This document shows, in pieces, positions 1 through 10,405 of a stretch of 64,000 nucleotides of DNA. The notes under the pieces were generated by a model. The model searched no databases and was not told where the DNA came from. It was given only the letters and a program-made list of their open reading frames with translations. The stretch lies in NCBI RefSeq assembly GCF_039982295.1, contig NZ_JBDWYP010000069.1, positions 4,964 to 68,963 of the forward strand. The letters run 5' to 3'. The stretch comes from Roseibium sp. (GTDB lineage Bacteria; Pseudomonadota; Alphaproteobacteria; Rhizobiales; Stappiaceae). Every line of letters starts with the position of its first letter. Position 1 is the stretch's first letter. The translations under genes were made by a program, and so were the position numbers.

Positions 1-104
1 CCATGAAGTTTTGTCCTCGGCGCGCCTTTTAGAGCTTTATCGACTGCGGCCAGCCAAGCGTCTTCCGACTGAGACAAAAAGTTCTGGGGTATGTTCAACG
101 TCAT
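1..104 (-). CDS. mutA: Methylmalonyl-CoA mutase small (beta) subunit family protein, N-terminal 34 codons only; runs off the window
   Basis: Not in ORF track. ATG at 104 with GGGAG RBS; hand translation MTLNIPQNFLSQSEDAWLAAVDKALKGAPRTKLHG matches the F..s.e.W...v.k.LKGap..kL N-terminus of alphaproteobacterial mutase small subunits; meaB lies 9 kb away. Confidence 0.6.
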   Translation of the reverse strand, partial: MTLNIPQNFLSQSEDAWLAAVDKALKGAPRTKLH

Positions 105-643
105 CTCGATCTCCCAACGCCATCCGTTTTAGTCCCTGACGGGAAGGCAAGGCAACTCAGTAGATCGGTTAAGATTGCGGACGGCGCCAGATCGCCCGAA
201 ACACGCCTACGACGGCTTCTGCGGATTGCACCTCGGAAGAATCACCAGAACGCCCGCCTACGCGAATGCACCGTGCTGAGGATTTTCTGCGCCTCGATTT
301 GGTAAACGAACCCTTTCAAAACTACCCCTGGGGCAGCGCTATTTTTGCCAGTGGTATTCCATCAGAAACAAATAGACAAAAAACTGGCGTGACAGGCCAA
401 GTTTGAGCGCTTTAAGTGATGGCATGCCGGATATTTCTAATGTAACTTCTACATATTGCCGCACGGGAAGGTAACAACCTATGCAACCCATAAACCGGAA
501 ACATCTTTAAAGGTGAGGAAAGGAGCCAACAAAAAACTTCCAACAAATCCCATCTGCAGCAACTTGCTAAGCAATCGTAAAAATACGACTGGCAATGAAC
601 TGCACAAGGCGAGAATAGATCGCCACAACAACGGATGTGCACA

Positions 644-1345
644 ATGCTTGATCAAATTGAACTCAAGAATAAACTACGCGCAATTGCGGAAGCCAACGCC
701 GCTCATCATGTACTCGATATTCTCGAATCCAATCTGCGCCGCATGGGAGCGACCCACGTTCTCGTCACCGGCCTCCCGATGCCCAACAGACCAATCGACA
801 GTCTCGTTCATCGCTTCCGCTGGCCCGATCAGCGCAACGACGGCATCGAAAGCACCTCCCTGTCCGCCAACGACAGCGCGTTGATGCTGGGTCTTGCGTC
901 CAACAGAGCAAAGGTCTGGGACATTTCGGCTGGCGACATGGAGCACTCCGATCTTCTGGCCGCCGCAGGTGAAGGCAATCAGGTTGTCATCGTTCCGGTG
1001 ACCGAGCTGCATCCTTTCCAGGCGTTTGTCTTCGCAGCAGGCCCATCGATCCAGGCGACCAAGTGGGAGCTGAATGCTCTTGAACTTCTGTCCGGCGCGG
1101 CTCTCGCCCGTCTTCGCGATCTGGGTGTCGTCTCTGGCCAGCGTCCAGGGGCACTTTCGACCCGCGAACGCCGCGTTCTCGAGCTGACTGCATTCGGCAA
1201 GACCGCTGGTGAAATCGCGGATGTTCTCGAGATCTCACAGCGGACCGTGCATGCGCATCTGCAGAACGCAAGCGTAAAGCTGAATGCCTCGAACAAGACA
1301 CACACCGTTGTCGAAGCGCTGCGCTACGGTCAAATTCGGGTCTGA
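644..1345 (+). CDS. LuxR-family transcriptional regulator (C-terminal HTH, degenerate autoinducer-binding-like N domain)
   Basis: LSTRERRVLELTAFGKTAGEIADVLEISQRTVHAHLQNASVKLNASNKTHTVVEAL is a LuxR HTH; start taken at ATG 644. Confidence 0.9.
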   Translation: MLDQIELKNKLRAIAEANAAHHVLDILESNLRRMGATHVLVTGLPMPNRPIDSLVHRFRWPDQRNDGIESTSLSANDSALMLGLASNRAKVWDISAGDMEHSDLLAAAGEGNQVVIVPVTELHPFQAFVFAAGPSIQATKWELNALELLSGAALARLRDLGVVSGQRPGALSTRERRVLELTAFGKTAGEIADVLEISQRTVHAHLQNASVKLNASNKTHTVVEALRYGQIRV

Positions 1346-1683
1346 TCCGAAAACGGTGACTGCCAGCAGCTTCATTTGATTGCGCGCTGGCTTCCAAAGA
1401 GCCTGAGCAAATAAGCTCTGGCCACCTTTTGGGAGGAAACGATACGCGTCGACGAGTTTTTGCCGACGCGAGATATCAAAGACCTCATTCGCGAGGCCTC
1501 TTTCTGGCCAAGGCCGGGTCGGAATCAAACCCCGAGAAATTTTCGCGACATTCAGCAACCTGAGCGAAGTTTGCCCTGCGCTCGTCTACTTGCATTCACT
1601 CGCGAGGCCTTCTGTTCCTCATTGTCATGCGTGCGCTTCCAAACTGCGGAGATAGCTGGCGTCAATTTTCCACGCTGGCGCAC

Positions 1684-1714
1684 AAAAAAGGCGAGACGTT
1701 TCCGCCTCGCCTTT
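1684..1714 (-). terminator. Rho-independent terminator of the DUF4332 gene
   Basis: AAAGGCGAG...CTCGCCTTT stem followed by a T6 tract on the minus strand, 25 nt after the stop. Confidence 0.75.
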
Positions 1715-1739
1715 CTGAATTGTTCCATATCAAAAGCGG

Positions 1740-2147
1740 TCAGTAGGTCATCATCGCAGGCAATTCCTTGGCCTGCTCGACCCACTTGGTCACCTGTGCC
1801 GTGCCTGGCACCTGACGCACAAGCTTCTTTTCAGAGTTCACTTCAGACATCTTGTCCGCAAGGTTTTCCGCATTGCGATGCTTAAGTTCCTTGACCGTGT
1901 CCACGCCTGCAGCTTCCAGAAGCTCGGAATACTCCTCACCTACGCCGCTGATGCGCATCAGGTCGGCCATGTTGGCCCACTTGAGAATACGGCTTGCCTC
2001 GATGCCGGTTTCGTCAGCGAGCGCCTTCCGGCCCTTTGGGTCCTTTGCCCGCTCAAGATAGGCTTCCGTGGTCTTGATCCCAACGGCGCCAAGCTTTTCA
2101 GCGTATACCGGACCAATTCCCTCGATTTCAGAGATGGAATACGACAT
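1740..2147 (-). CDS. DUF4332 (helix-hairpin-helix) domain protein
   Basis: ISEIEGIGPVYAEKL...WANMADLMRISGVGEEYSELLEAAGVDTVKEL pattern; AGGGAG RBS. Confidence 0.8.
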   Translation of the reverse strand: MSYSISEIEGIGPVYAEKLGAVGIKTTEAYLERAKDPKGRKALADETGIEASRILKWANMADLMRISGVGEEYSELLEAAGVDTVKELKHRNAENLADKMSEVNSEKKLVRQVPGTAQVTKWVEQAKELPAMMTY

Positions 2148-2191
2148 TTTCAAAGTTACTCCCTAATTTCCCCGAACTCCATTTGGGACAA

Positions 2192-2581
2192 CTAAACGAT
2201 CTGGCTCAATCCCGGGATCTTCGAAATCACTTCGTCTACTGCGTCATCCCCTGCTTTTTCCTTAGCATAGCCCACGAGCTGGCGCACAACAGATTGTACT
2301 TCGCTCATGCCCAGGCCTTCAGAGGTCAGTTCGTTCAATGCGCCCATGGCGCCCATTCCAGGGACCATGCCGCCCAAACCGCCGAGCAGGCCGCCGCCCT
2401 TGGAGCCTGCCTCACGTTCTGCAACAAGTTCAGCGGCACCCGGCAGAGCGTCAAAAATCTGTTGCATCTGTTCGGCAGGACCATCCTTATTGAGAAACTT
2501 GAGGATAATTGCCACGGCGTTGCGTGCGACATCCTCACTGATCCCAGTAGCGGATACGATACGAGTGATGAGTTCTTCCAT
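2192..2581 (-). CDS. Conserved Hyphomicrobiales small protein (DUF2267/DUF2780-like)
   Basis: MEELITRIV...IILKFLNKDGP...GLGMSEVQSVVRQLVGYAKEKAG...IPGLSQIV; GGGAG RBS before ATG 2581. Confidence 0.65.
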   Translation of the reverse strand: MEELITRIVSATGISEDVARNAVAIILKFLNKDGPAEQMQQIFDALPGAAELVAEREAGSKGGGLLGGLGGMVPGMGAMGALNELTSEGLGMSEVQSVVRQLVGYAKEKAGDDAVDEVISKIPGLSQIV

Positions 2582-2754
2582 TTCGGTCTCCCAATGAAGG
2601 CGGGCCAGACGGGAACGTTCGGCCAAGATGATGACAAGGGCTATACACTGAGTAACAGCCCGACGTCGACGGGAACGTGACGTATTGGGAAGGCTTTTTC
2701 GTCTCGTTTTGTATCGTGCGAGACTTGGGCAGGCACCGGGGAGACTGGAGCGGA

Positions 2755-4305
2755 ATGGACAGCATTTATATTGGTGGCAGCACCAAAGACGAAAAACTTC
2801 TGCTCAAGCTTGCAAACCGGCATGGGTTGATTACCGGTGCCACCGGAACCGGCAAGACGGTCTCGCTCCAGATCCTGGCAGAAGGCTTTTCCTCAGCTGG
2901 CGTCCCCGTCTTCTGCGCTGACATCAAGGGAGACCTTTCCGGCCTGTCGACAGCAGGCACTGAAAAGGACTTTCTGGAGAAACGGGCCGCCGACATCGGC
3001 TTCTCAGATCGATACACCTACGAGGCCTTTCCCACCGCCTTTTGGGACCTTTACGGCGAGCAGGGCCATCCGGTTCGCACAACCGTCAGCGAGGTTGGCC
3101 CGCTGCTGCTGGCACGGTTGCTGGAACTAAACGACACCCAGGAAGGTGTGCTGAACATCCTTTTCGAGCTTGCCGACGATGAAGGCCTGCTGCTGCTCGA
3201 CCTGAAGGACCTTCGAGCGATGCTCGCGCATGTCTCCGACCGGGCATCCGAGCTTTCGCGGCTTTATGGCAATGTGTCGAAGTCGTCGATCGGCGCCATT
3301 CAGCGGCGTCTTCTGGTTCTTGAGCGTCAGGGCGGCGACAATCTGTTTGGCGAGCCCGCGCTTGATATACGCGACTTCATGCGCACGGCCCATGACGGAC
3401 GCGGCATGATCAACATTCTTGCCGCCGACAAGTTGATGAATTCGCCAAAGCTCTACGCTGTGTTTCTACTCTGGTTGCTGTCGGAACTTTTTGAAGAACT
3501 GCCCGAGGTCGGAGATCCGGAAAAGCCGAAGCTCGTCTTCTTTTTCGATGAAGCGCACCTTCTCTTCAACGACGCACCAAAGGCCCTGATTGAAAAAGTG
3601 GAACAGGTCGTGCGCCTGATCCGCTCAAAGGGCGTGGGCGTCTACTTCGTCACCCAAAACCCGCTGGACGTTCCCGATACCATCCTGGCGCAATTGGGCA
3701 ACCGTGTTCAGCATGCGCTGCGCGCTTTCACCCCTCGTGATCAAAAGGCCGTTCGCGCAGCCGCGGAAACCTTCCGGCCAAATCCCAAGCTCGACACCGA
3801 ACGCGTGATCACCGAACTTGGCGTCGGCGAAGCGCTCGTCTCCACGCTCGAAGGCAAAGGCATCCCGTCAATTGTCGAACGGACGCTGGTGCGCCCGCCC
3901 TCTTCCCGACTTGGGCCGGTGACCAAGGCGGAACGGCGCGAGTTGATCCAGTCGAGCGCGGTGTTCGGGCTTTACGAGCGGCTCAAGGACAGGCACTCGG
4001 CCTATGAAATGCTGGAACAGCGCGCTCAGGACGAGTTGCGGCAAGAAGAAAAGCAGCGGAGCAAGGAGGAACGCCACGCCCAAAAGCATGGCGAACCCCG
4101 GCGAACACGTTCAGGCTTCGAACTGCCGGACTTTGGCCGCGACGACCGCCCACGTCAGGAAAGCAGACGGAAGACCAGCAGCCGACGCAGCAATCGCGAC
4201 AGTGTTCTGGAGGCCGGCATGAAGTCGGCTGCGCGCAGCCTCGGGTCGTCCCTTGGCCGCGCTTTGGTACGCGGCCTTCTGGGCTCCCTCAAGCGAGGAT
4301 TTTAG
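2755..4305 (+). CDS. HerA-like ATPase (DUF853/YjgR family)
   Basis: [15 protein letters not shown] Walker [13 protein letters not shown] Walker [16 protein letters not shown]; GGAG RBS before ATG 2755. Confidence 0.9.
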   Translation: MDSIYIGGSTKDEKLLLKLANRHGLITGATGTGKTVSLQILAEGFSSAGVPVFCADIKGDLSGLSTAGTEKDFLEKRAADIGFSDRYTYEAFPTAFWDLYGEQGHPVRTTVSEVGPLLLARLLELNDTQEGVLNILFELADDEGLLLLDLKDLRAMLAHVSDRASELSRLYGNVSKSSIGAIQRRLLVLERQGGDNLFGEPALDIRDFMRTAHDGRGMINILAADKLMNSPKLYAVFLLWLLSELFEELPEVGDPEKPKLVFFFDEAHLLFNDAPKALIEKVEQVVRLIRSKGVGVYFVTQNPLDVPDTILAQLGNRVQHALRAFTPRDQKAVRAAAETFRPNPKLDTERVITELGVGEALVSTLEGKGIPSIVERTLVRPPSSRLGPVTKAERRELIQSSAVFGLYERLKDRHSAYEMLEQRAQDELRQEEKQRSKEERHAQKHGEPRRTRSGFELPDFGRDDRPRQESRRKTSSRRSNRDSVLEAGMKSAARSLGSSLGRALVRGLLGSLKRGF

Positions 4306-4320
4306 AAGGCCAGCCCTGTG

Positions 4321-5277
4321 ATGAACAGAAAATCTTCTGCTACGGAGGCTCAAGAACTGGAACAAAAGGCTCTTGCTATCGGGAAATGGGCCAATCTCTT
4401 TATGGCGTTCGCTGGCATTGCGGCATCCTGGGCCTCCAACTCCAATGCACTGCTTGTCGACGGCCTCTTTTCAGGTGTGAATTTCCTTTCGGCTCTTGTC
4501 GCTGCGCGTATCGGCCAAAACGTTGGCCGACCTGCGACAGCGTCACGGCCCTGGGGACAGGATTACGACGAAACTCTGTTTGTGACGTTCAGAAGCCTGG
4601 TGCTGATCGGCATTCTCACCTTCGCCGCGTTCGTTAGCGGCTCCAAGATCTTTAATTTCGCGACCGGGGGTGTCGTCACACCTCTCATTTTCGGACCAAT
4701 CGCGATCTACTCTGCCATCATAGTGCTTATATGTGTTGCTCTGGCGATCATCTATCGTCGTGCATATGTGAAGAGCGGACGCCGCAGCTCGATTTTGAAC
4801 ACCGAGAGCCGTGCGGCCATCATCGACGGGGCGCTTAGCATTGGTGCTGGTGCAGCACTTCTCAGCATTCCCTTCCTCGATGGAACAGCGCTCGAACCCT
4901 ACTTGCCAATTGGTGACGCTGTCGTTGCCCTTCTTCTTGTTGGCATTGTCATTTGGCAGCCGTTGGCGACCTTCCGTCGGACACTTTCCGAGCTCGCAGG
5001 TGTCAGCGCACCGCGAAAAACCGTGTTGCTTGTGACCAGGGCAGCCCGCAAGTTGGCAAAAGCTGACGGCTTTGTGTTCCATCGCGCCTCCGTGCTGAAT
5101 GCCGGGCGCTACCATTTTGCAGCGGTGTATCTCGACCCGGCGCGGCCGGTCGACGCCGCAGAAGTGGACGCTTTTGAGGAGAAGCTGAATGCCTGTTTGG
5201 CTGATATCCTTGGGCCCACCAGAACCGAGATCATTGTCACTGCAAGAAAAAACAGCCCTCCTCCTGAACGCCGTTAG
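4321..5277 (+). CDS. Cation diffusion facilitator (cation efflux) family transporter
   Basis: About 6 TM helices, SNALLVDGLFS and RPWG..YDE motifs, C-terminal soluble domain. Confidence 0.7.
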   Translation: MNRKSSATEAQELEQKALAIGKWANLFMAFAGIAASWASNSNALLVDGLFSGVNFLSALVAARIGQNVGRPATASRPWGQDYDETLFVTFRSLVLIGILTFAAFVSGSKIFNFATGGVVTPLIFGPIAIYSAIIVLICVALAIIYRRAYVKSGRRSSILNTESRAAIIDGALSIGAGAALLSIPFLDGTALEPYLPIGDAVVALLLVGIVIWQPLATFRRTLSELAGVSAPRKTVLLVTRAARKLAKADGFVFHRASVLNAGRYHFAAVYLDPARPVDAAEVDAFEEKLNACLADILGPTRTEIIVTARKNSPPPERR

Positions 5278-5419
5278 CGCACAGCGCTCTGTGTTTCGGC
5301 GGCAAACATTCAAATCACCTGCTTTCGATTTGCACCGCGCTCGAAGATGTGGCCAATTAGGCTTCCTCTTCGGAGCGCAATCCGAATCTCAAATCTTAAG
5401 ACAACTCCAAGGATGACCG

Positions 5420-6808
5420 ATGAGCACCATCGAGAAGGTCCTCACACGGATCGACGCCGATCTGGACAACTCCCTTTCGCGCCTGTTCGATCTGCTCAAA
5501 ATCAAGAGCATCTCGACCGACCCAGCCTATAAGGACGAATGTCGTACGGCGGCGGAATGGCTGGCGAAGGAACTGACCAGCATTGGCATCGACGCCACAG
5601 TCCGCAGCACCGAAGGCCACCCAATGGTGGTCGGTCACCGCAAGTCCGGCAAGCCCGGACCACATGTTCTGTTCTACGGCCACTATGACGTTCAGCCGGT
5701 CGACCCGCTGGAACTGTGGGACACCGCCCCCTTCGAACCACGGATCGCGACCCGCGAGGACGGCACGAAAATCATCGTTGCCCGCGGTTCGGCAGATGAC
5801 AAGGGCCAGCTGATGACCTTCGTCGAGGCGGCCCGTGCGTTCATTGCCGAGACGGGCGACCTTCCCATCGACGTCTCGGTTCTGTTCGAGGGCGAGGAAG
5901 AATCCGGATCGCCGTCCTTGCATCCTTTCCTGACCGCCAACAAGGACGAGTTGTCCTGCGACCTGGCTCTTGTTTGCGACACGGGCATGTGGGACGCCGA
6001 CACTCCAGCCATATCGATCATGCTGCGCGGCATGGTCGGCGATGAGGTGATCGTAAAGGCGGCCTCCCGCGATCTGCACTCCGGTCATTATGGTGGCGCA
6101 GCCCAGAACCCGAACCACATCGTCGCCAGCATCATTGCCGGGCTTCACGACGAAAACGGCAGGATCACCCTGCCGGGCTTCTATGACGGCGTCATCGACA
6201 TGCCCGAAGAGGTCACTGCCATGTGGGACAAGCTCGGTTTCTCCGCCGAAGACTTTCTCGGCGACATAGGGCTGAAATACATGCGCGGCGAAAAAGGTCG
6301 TCAGGCCCTGGAGCATATCTGGACACGTCCGACAGCCGAAGTGAACGGCATGTGGGGCGGTTATCAAGGCGCAGGGTCCAAGACGGTGATCCCGGCAGAA
6401 GCTCACGCCAAGTTCACATTCCGCCTTGTTGGGGATCAGGATCCGGACAAGATCCGCGACGCCTTCCGTGCGTATGTGCAGTCCAAGATCCCGGCAGATT
6501 GCACTGTCGATTTCATTGCGAAGGACGGCAGCCCGGCCCTGCGTCTCGACTTCGACATGCCGGCTCTTGCCAAGGGACAGGCGGCGCTCAAGGCCGAATG
6601 GGGCAAAGACGCGGCCCTCATCGGCATGGGTGGGTCCATCCCGATCGTGGGTGACTTCAAGCGCATGCTCGACATGGATTCCCTGTTGATCGGTTTTGGC
6701 TTGGAAGATGATCAGATCCATTCGCCAAACGAGAAATACAACCTCAAGAGCTTTCACAAGGGCATACGGTCCTGGGCTCGTGTGCTTGACGAGTTGGCAA
6801 AGGACTGA
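5420..6808 (+). CDS. M20 family metallo-dipeptidase
   Basis: YGHYDVQP, ARGSADDKGQ, EGEEESGS, IHSPNEK motifs. Confidence 0.92.
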   Translation: MSTIEKVLTRIDADLDNSLSRLFDLLKIKSISTDPAYKDECRTAAEWLAKELTSIGIDATVRSTEGHPMVVGHRKSGKPGPHVLFYGHYDVQPVDPLELWDTAPFEPRIATREDGTKIIVARGSADDKGQLMTFVEAARAFIAETGDLPIDVSVLFEGEEESGSPSLHPFLTANKDELSCDLALVCDTGMWDADTPAISIMLRGMVGDEVIVKAASRDLHSGHYGGAAQNPNHIVASIIAGLHDENGRITLPGFYDGVIDMPEEVTAMWDKLGFSAEDFLGDIGLKYMRGEKGRQALEHIWTRPTAEVNGMWGGYQGAGSKTVIPAEAHAKFTFRLVGDQDPDKIRDAFRAYVQSKIPADCTVDFIAKDGSPALRLDFDMPALAKGQAALKAEWGKDAALIGMGGSIPIVGDFKRMLDMDSLLIGFGLEDDQIHSPNEKYNLKSFHKGIRSWARVLDELAKD

Positions 6809-6816
6809 CGACTTTG

Positions 6817-6848
6817 AGCGGGCCGCTGGCGCGGCCCGTTTTCTTTTG
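6817..6848 (+). terminator. Rho-independent terminator
   Basis: CGGGCCGC-TGG-CGCGGCCCG stem plus TTTTCTTTT after the peptidase stop. Confidence 0.75.
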
Positions 6849-6880
6849 AACGCGATATCTCAGCAATAGTGAGACCTCAC

Positions 6881-7462
6881 ATGAAATCTGTTTGCGTCTT
6901 CTGTGGTTCCAGCTACGGATCGAACCCGGTCTATACTCAGGCCGCCAATGAAACCGGTACGCTGATCGCGAAGCAGGGCCTTACTCTGGTCTATGGCGGC
7001 GCAAAAGTCGGGCTTATGGGCACCGTCGCCGATGCGGCACTCGCCGCTGGAGGCCAAGTCATTGGCGTCTTGCCTACCTCGCTGCAGGAAAAAGAGCTCG
7101 CTCACGATGGGCTGTCCGAACTCCACATCGTAAGTTCTATGCACGAGCGAAAGGCCCTGATGGCGGAGCTGTCCGACGCTTTCCTGACACTGCCCGGTGG
7201 GGCCGGAACCATGGAAGAACTGTTTGAAGTCTGGACGTGGGGCCAGCTCGGGCTGCACAATAAGCCATGCGGTTTTCTCAACACCCAGGGCTTTTATGAC
7301 AAGCTTCTCAGTTTCCTGGACTTTCAGTCTCAAGAAGGCTTCATGAAACCTGTGATGCGCGACATGGTCCAGGCGGCCGACAATCCGGCTGATCTCCTCA
7401 AGATGTTTCGGGCCTATCAGCCGCCCGCCACACCAAAGTGGATTAAAACCGACGAAACCTGA
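6881..7462 (+). CDS. LOG family nucleotide 5'-monophosphate phosphoribohydrolase (TIGR00730-like)
   Basis: VCVFCGSS, LVYGG, MHERKA, PGGAGTMEE motifs. Confidence 0.92.
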   Translation: MKSVCVFCGSSYGSNPVYTQAANETGTLIAKQGLTLVYGGAKVGLMGTVADAALAAGGQVIGVLPTSLQEKELAHDGLSELHIVSSMHERKALMAELSDAFLTLPGGAGTMEELFEVWTWGQLGLHNKPCGFLNTQGFYDKLLSFLDFQSQEGFMKPVMRDMVQAADNPADLLKMFRAYQPPATPKWIKTDET

Positions 7463-7609
7463 CGTCTCCTTTTCCACCACCGAGGTGTCACACAATCCAT
7501 CTGTCGACAATCTTAAAACCCGTCTTTGCATGATGCATGGCCGGGTGTTAAGAGCTGGCTTCGCTGGAATAGTTCCTCCAGTCAGTTCCTTTCCGGAGTT
7601 TCCTGTTTC

Positions 7610-8197
7610 ATGCGTTCACCGCTCCTCGGTTTTGCCTGTCTTTTCGGTCTTCTTGCCGCTGCGTGTTCTCCGACCGTCGACTACGACGGCCCCGTCCAGA
7701 TCGCCAGAACATCAAATGTGACGCTGGTGCAGATCAACGACGACACCGTTGGCGGCATCACAGCAGAAACGACCTATGGCGAAAAGTCGATCGCGGCAGC
7801 CCTGCCCGGCTTCACCACCGAGGGCGTTCAGACCGCCGTGGAAGACACCACTGAATGGGCGATCGCAGCATTCAATTCGGACGGTTTTCAGGTTCTTCAG
7901 GTTTTTAAAGGAAAAGGCGGCAAAGTGCGCACCGTCCATGGCGTCACTCACCACCTGCAGGGACCAAATGGCGAGCGGATCGGCATGACCTTCTCCGAGA
8001 TCGGCTCCGCCCGTGCGGACTGCCGCGTCGGACGCAACTTGTGGCGCGGAATGGCGATCTGTAGATCCAAGGGACACGAGAACGTTGAACTCGTCTACGC
8101 GATCCCCGGATACCAAGGACCCTTCGACCAGCTTCCGCCGTCCAAAGAACTTTTCGACGCCCAATTGCAGCGGATTGTCTGGACGCCCCGTACCTGA
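7610..8197 (+). CDS. DUF1131 (YfeY-like) lipoprotein
   Basis: Lipobox LAAAC after a hydrophobic signal; two later Cys (ADCRVG, AICRS); C-terminal LQRIVWTP. Confidence 0.65.
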   Translation: MRSPLLGFACLFGLLAAACSPTVDYDGPVQIARTSNVTLVQINDDTVGGITAETTYGEKSIAAALPGFTTEGVQTAVEDTTEWAIAAFNSDGFQVLQVFKGKGGKVRTVHGVTHHLQGPNGERIGMTFSEIGSARADCRVGRNLWRGMAICRSKGHENVELVYAIPGYQGPFDQLPPSKELFDAQLQRIVWTPRT

Positions 8198-8224
8198 TCC
8201 AGAGGTCACGGTCCCTCGAGTTGA

Positions 8225-9256
8225 CTAGACGTGCGGCTCCGAGTTCACCGGCACCGCACCGACCGGTCGCCAGACGTTACGCTTCTTGGCGTATTTCTCC
8301 ATCGCATCTGCAACGGGCATGAAAAGCTGCAACTCCCGCTCACGGATGCCAGGCAAGGACTTGGGATCAAGCCCTGTCCACGGCAGGAAGGGGTTCCGGC
8401 GCATGTGCCAATGCACTTCGCAGCGCACGGTCGGCTTGTCTGAAGGCGTTCGCCCATGAAAAGCAAAGGTATCTGCCACAACCAGCGTGTTGGCGGGGAC
8501 GGCCATGCGCTTTGGCTGCGGCAAACCGAGTTGCTCCAGTTCCTCTGCGCTGATCCGGAATGACCCGCTGGCATGATGGGAATCCTGCCCTCGACTTGCC
8601 GACATGGAACACTGATGCTGCCACTCGAGGCGTTTTTCAGTCAATTTATGCGAGCCTGGAACGAAGCAGAAGGGCCCATCGTCCTCGCCAACATCCTGCA
8701 AAAAGAGCCAGGCTTTTGATGTGGCATGAAAGGTGTCCGCGTGGACATTTGTCTGCGGATCTTTCTTGCCAGAAGGCTGGGCGATGACAGTCTGCAGAAA
8801 ACCCATGGGCTGTCCGCTCTGAGAAGCAGCATAGCGGATCTGGGCCACCGCTCTTGGATCTCGAAGTGCGCGAGCAATTGCTGGATTGACGTTCAACACG
8901 GCCGGGGGCAAGGGCGTCATCCGCGTGACGGCCGCACCCTGGCGCATCTCACGAGCCTCAAACGGCTGTCCGAAGATCTCCTGTTTCAGGGCTTCGAAGT
9001 CCGCGTCGGGCAGGAAATTACGCGTAACAAAATAGCCATTTTCATCGAAAAACGCGCGATCTTCGGAATTCAGTGTCGTAGCCAGCCTCTTGCGCCGTGC
9101 AGCTGCAAGATCGGCCGCGATCTGAACCCGCTTTTTATGCAGGCCCCAACGGTTGAGGGTCTCGCTGCCCAGAATCGGGTTTTTCTTCAAGGATTTTTCG
9201 GCTCCGACAACACCCATCAACCAGAAGGGTGCGTTCAGATAGGAAAGGGGTTTCAT
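8225..9256 (-). CDS. Phytanoyl-CoA dioxygenase-family Fe(II)/2-oxoglutarate oxygenase
   Basis: HADTFH (HxD) and distal FHGR facial triad; KAWLFLQDV.EDDGPFCFVPGSH. Confidence 0.85.
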   Translation of the reverse strand: MKPLSYLNAPFWLMGVVGAEKSLKKNPILGSETLNRWGLHKKRVQIAADLAAARRKRLATTLNSEDRAFFDENGYFVTRNFLPDADFEALKQEIFGQPFEAREMRQGAAVTRMTPLPPAVLNVNPAIARALRDPRAVAQIRYAASQSGQPMGFLQTVIAQPSGKKDPQTNVHADTFHATSKAWLFLQDVGEDDGPFCFVPGSHKLTEKRLEWQHQCSMSASRGQDSHHASGSFRISAEELEQLGLPQPKRMAVPANTLVVADTFAFHGRTPSDKPTVRCEVHWHMRRNPFLPWTGLDPKSLPGIRERELQLFMPVADAMEKYAKKRNVWRPVGAVPVNSEPHV

Positions 9257-9395
9257 TGAATTCCTCGACAAAGACTCAAACCAACAATGGTCGAAGTTAC
9301 CATCCGGCCTTCGCTTTCAACAGCCTTTCAAACCTCAACTTCGAAAGACCAACTTCCACCGTGACGGCAGCTGATTCCTCGGATAAGCCTTGAGG

Positions 9396-10394
9396 ATGAC
9401 CGAGACAGCACCTCGCAAATCTCTCGACCCCAAGGCTTTGGCTACCGGCATACGCGCGGGAAACCGGGCAAGCCTTGCACGCGCGATAACGCTCGTTGAG
9501 TCGCGCAAGGCAGAGCATCGCGCCATCGCCCGTGGTCTGATCCAGGACTTGCTGCCACTTACGGGCAAGGCACAGCGCGTTGGGATTACTGGCGTTCCCG
9601 GCGTTGGAAAGTCGACCACGATTGATATGCTCGGTTCCAATCTGACGGCCCAGGGGCACAAGGTAGCCGTTTTGGCCGTGGATCCGTCCTCGACGCGCAC
9701 TGGAGGTTCCATTTTGGGCGACAAGACCCGAATGGCCCAGTTGGCGGTGGACCAGAATGCTTTTATCCGGCCCTCCCCCTCAGCCGGCACGCTGGGAGGC
9801 GTTGCCGCCAAGACGCGCGAAACCATGCTGCTGTGCGAAGCTGCAGGCTTTGACATCATCCTGGTGGAAACGGTTGGCATCGGACAGTCGGAGACCACTG
9901 TCGCCGACATGGTGGATTTCTTTCTTGTGCTGATGCTGCCAGGGGCTGGCGACGAACTTCAGGGCATCAAGAAGGGCGTGCTTGAGATCGCCGACATGAT
10001 CGCGGTGAACAAGGCAGATGGCGAAGGCGCGCTTCGCGCCCAAAGCGCTGCGTCGGACTATCGCGCAGCCCTTCATATCCTCGCACCGCGCTCGCCAACC
10101 TGGAGCCCGCCCGTGGTGACCATTTCAGGCCTCGCGAATGAGGGGCTGGGCGCCATGTGGGAGCAGGTAACTCACCACCGTGACAAGATGAGCGCGACCG
10201 GTGAATTTCAAAAGCGCCGCGCGGACCAGCAAGTCGCCTGGATGTGGGACCTGTTGCAACAACGCATGATGGAAGCTCTGACGGGCAATGCGCAGATAGC
10301 CGAACGGCTCAAGCGCCTCGAAGGTGAAGTGCGCGACGGGCAAACCGCCGTCTCCGTCGCCGTTGAGGAAATATCCGACCTGATCGGCGTTTGA
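9396..10394 (+). CDS. meaB: Methylmalonyl-CoA mutase-associated GTPase MeaB
   Basis: GITGVPGVGKST, AVDPSSTRTGGSILGDKTRM, ETVGIGQSE, NKAD. Confidence 0.95.
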   Translation: MTETAPRKSLDPKALATGIRAGNRASLARAITLVESRKAEHRAIARGLIQDLLPLTGKAQRVGITGVPGVGKSTTIDMLGSNLTAQGHKVAVLAVDPSSTRTGGSILGDKTRMAQLAVDQNAFIRPSPSAGTLGGVAAKTRETMLLCEAAGFDIILVETVGIGQSETTVADMVDFFLVLMLPGAGDELQGIKKGVLEIADMIAVNKADGEGALRAQSAASDYRAALHILAPRSPTWSPPVVTISGLANEGLGAMWEQVTHHRDKMSATGEFQKRRADQQVAWMWDLLQQRMMEALTGNAQIAERLKRLEGEVRDGQTAVSVAVEEISDLIGV

Positions 10395-10405
10395 AGAGAA
10401 GCCTT

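Noticed and set aside
105-420. Possible cobalamin riboswitch upstream of the mutase gene (GGTGCAATCC on the minus strand)
   Set aside because: The flanking GGGAA and CCCCGCAACTGT/B12-box elements are absent in the right order and orientation
1346-1683. 340-nt convergent gap with an 11-bp repeat TCGCGAGGCCT (1489, 1600), hairpins and a 77-aa ORF
   Set aside because: The repeat is within chance range for this GC content, the ORF crosses a terminator, and no promoter was identified; an sRNA cannot be excluded
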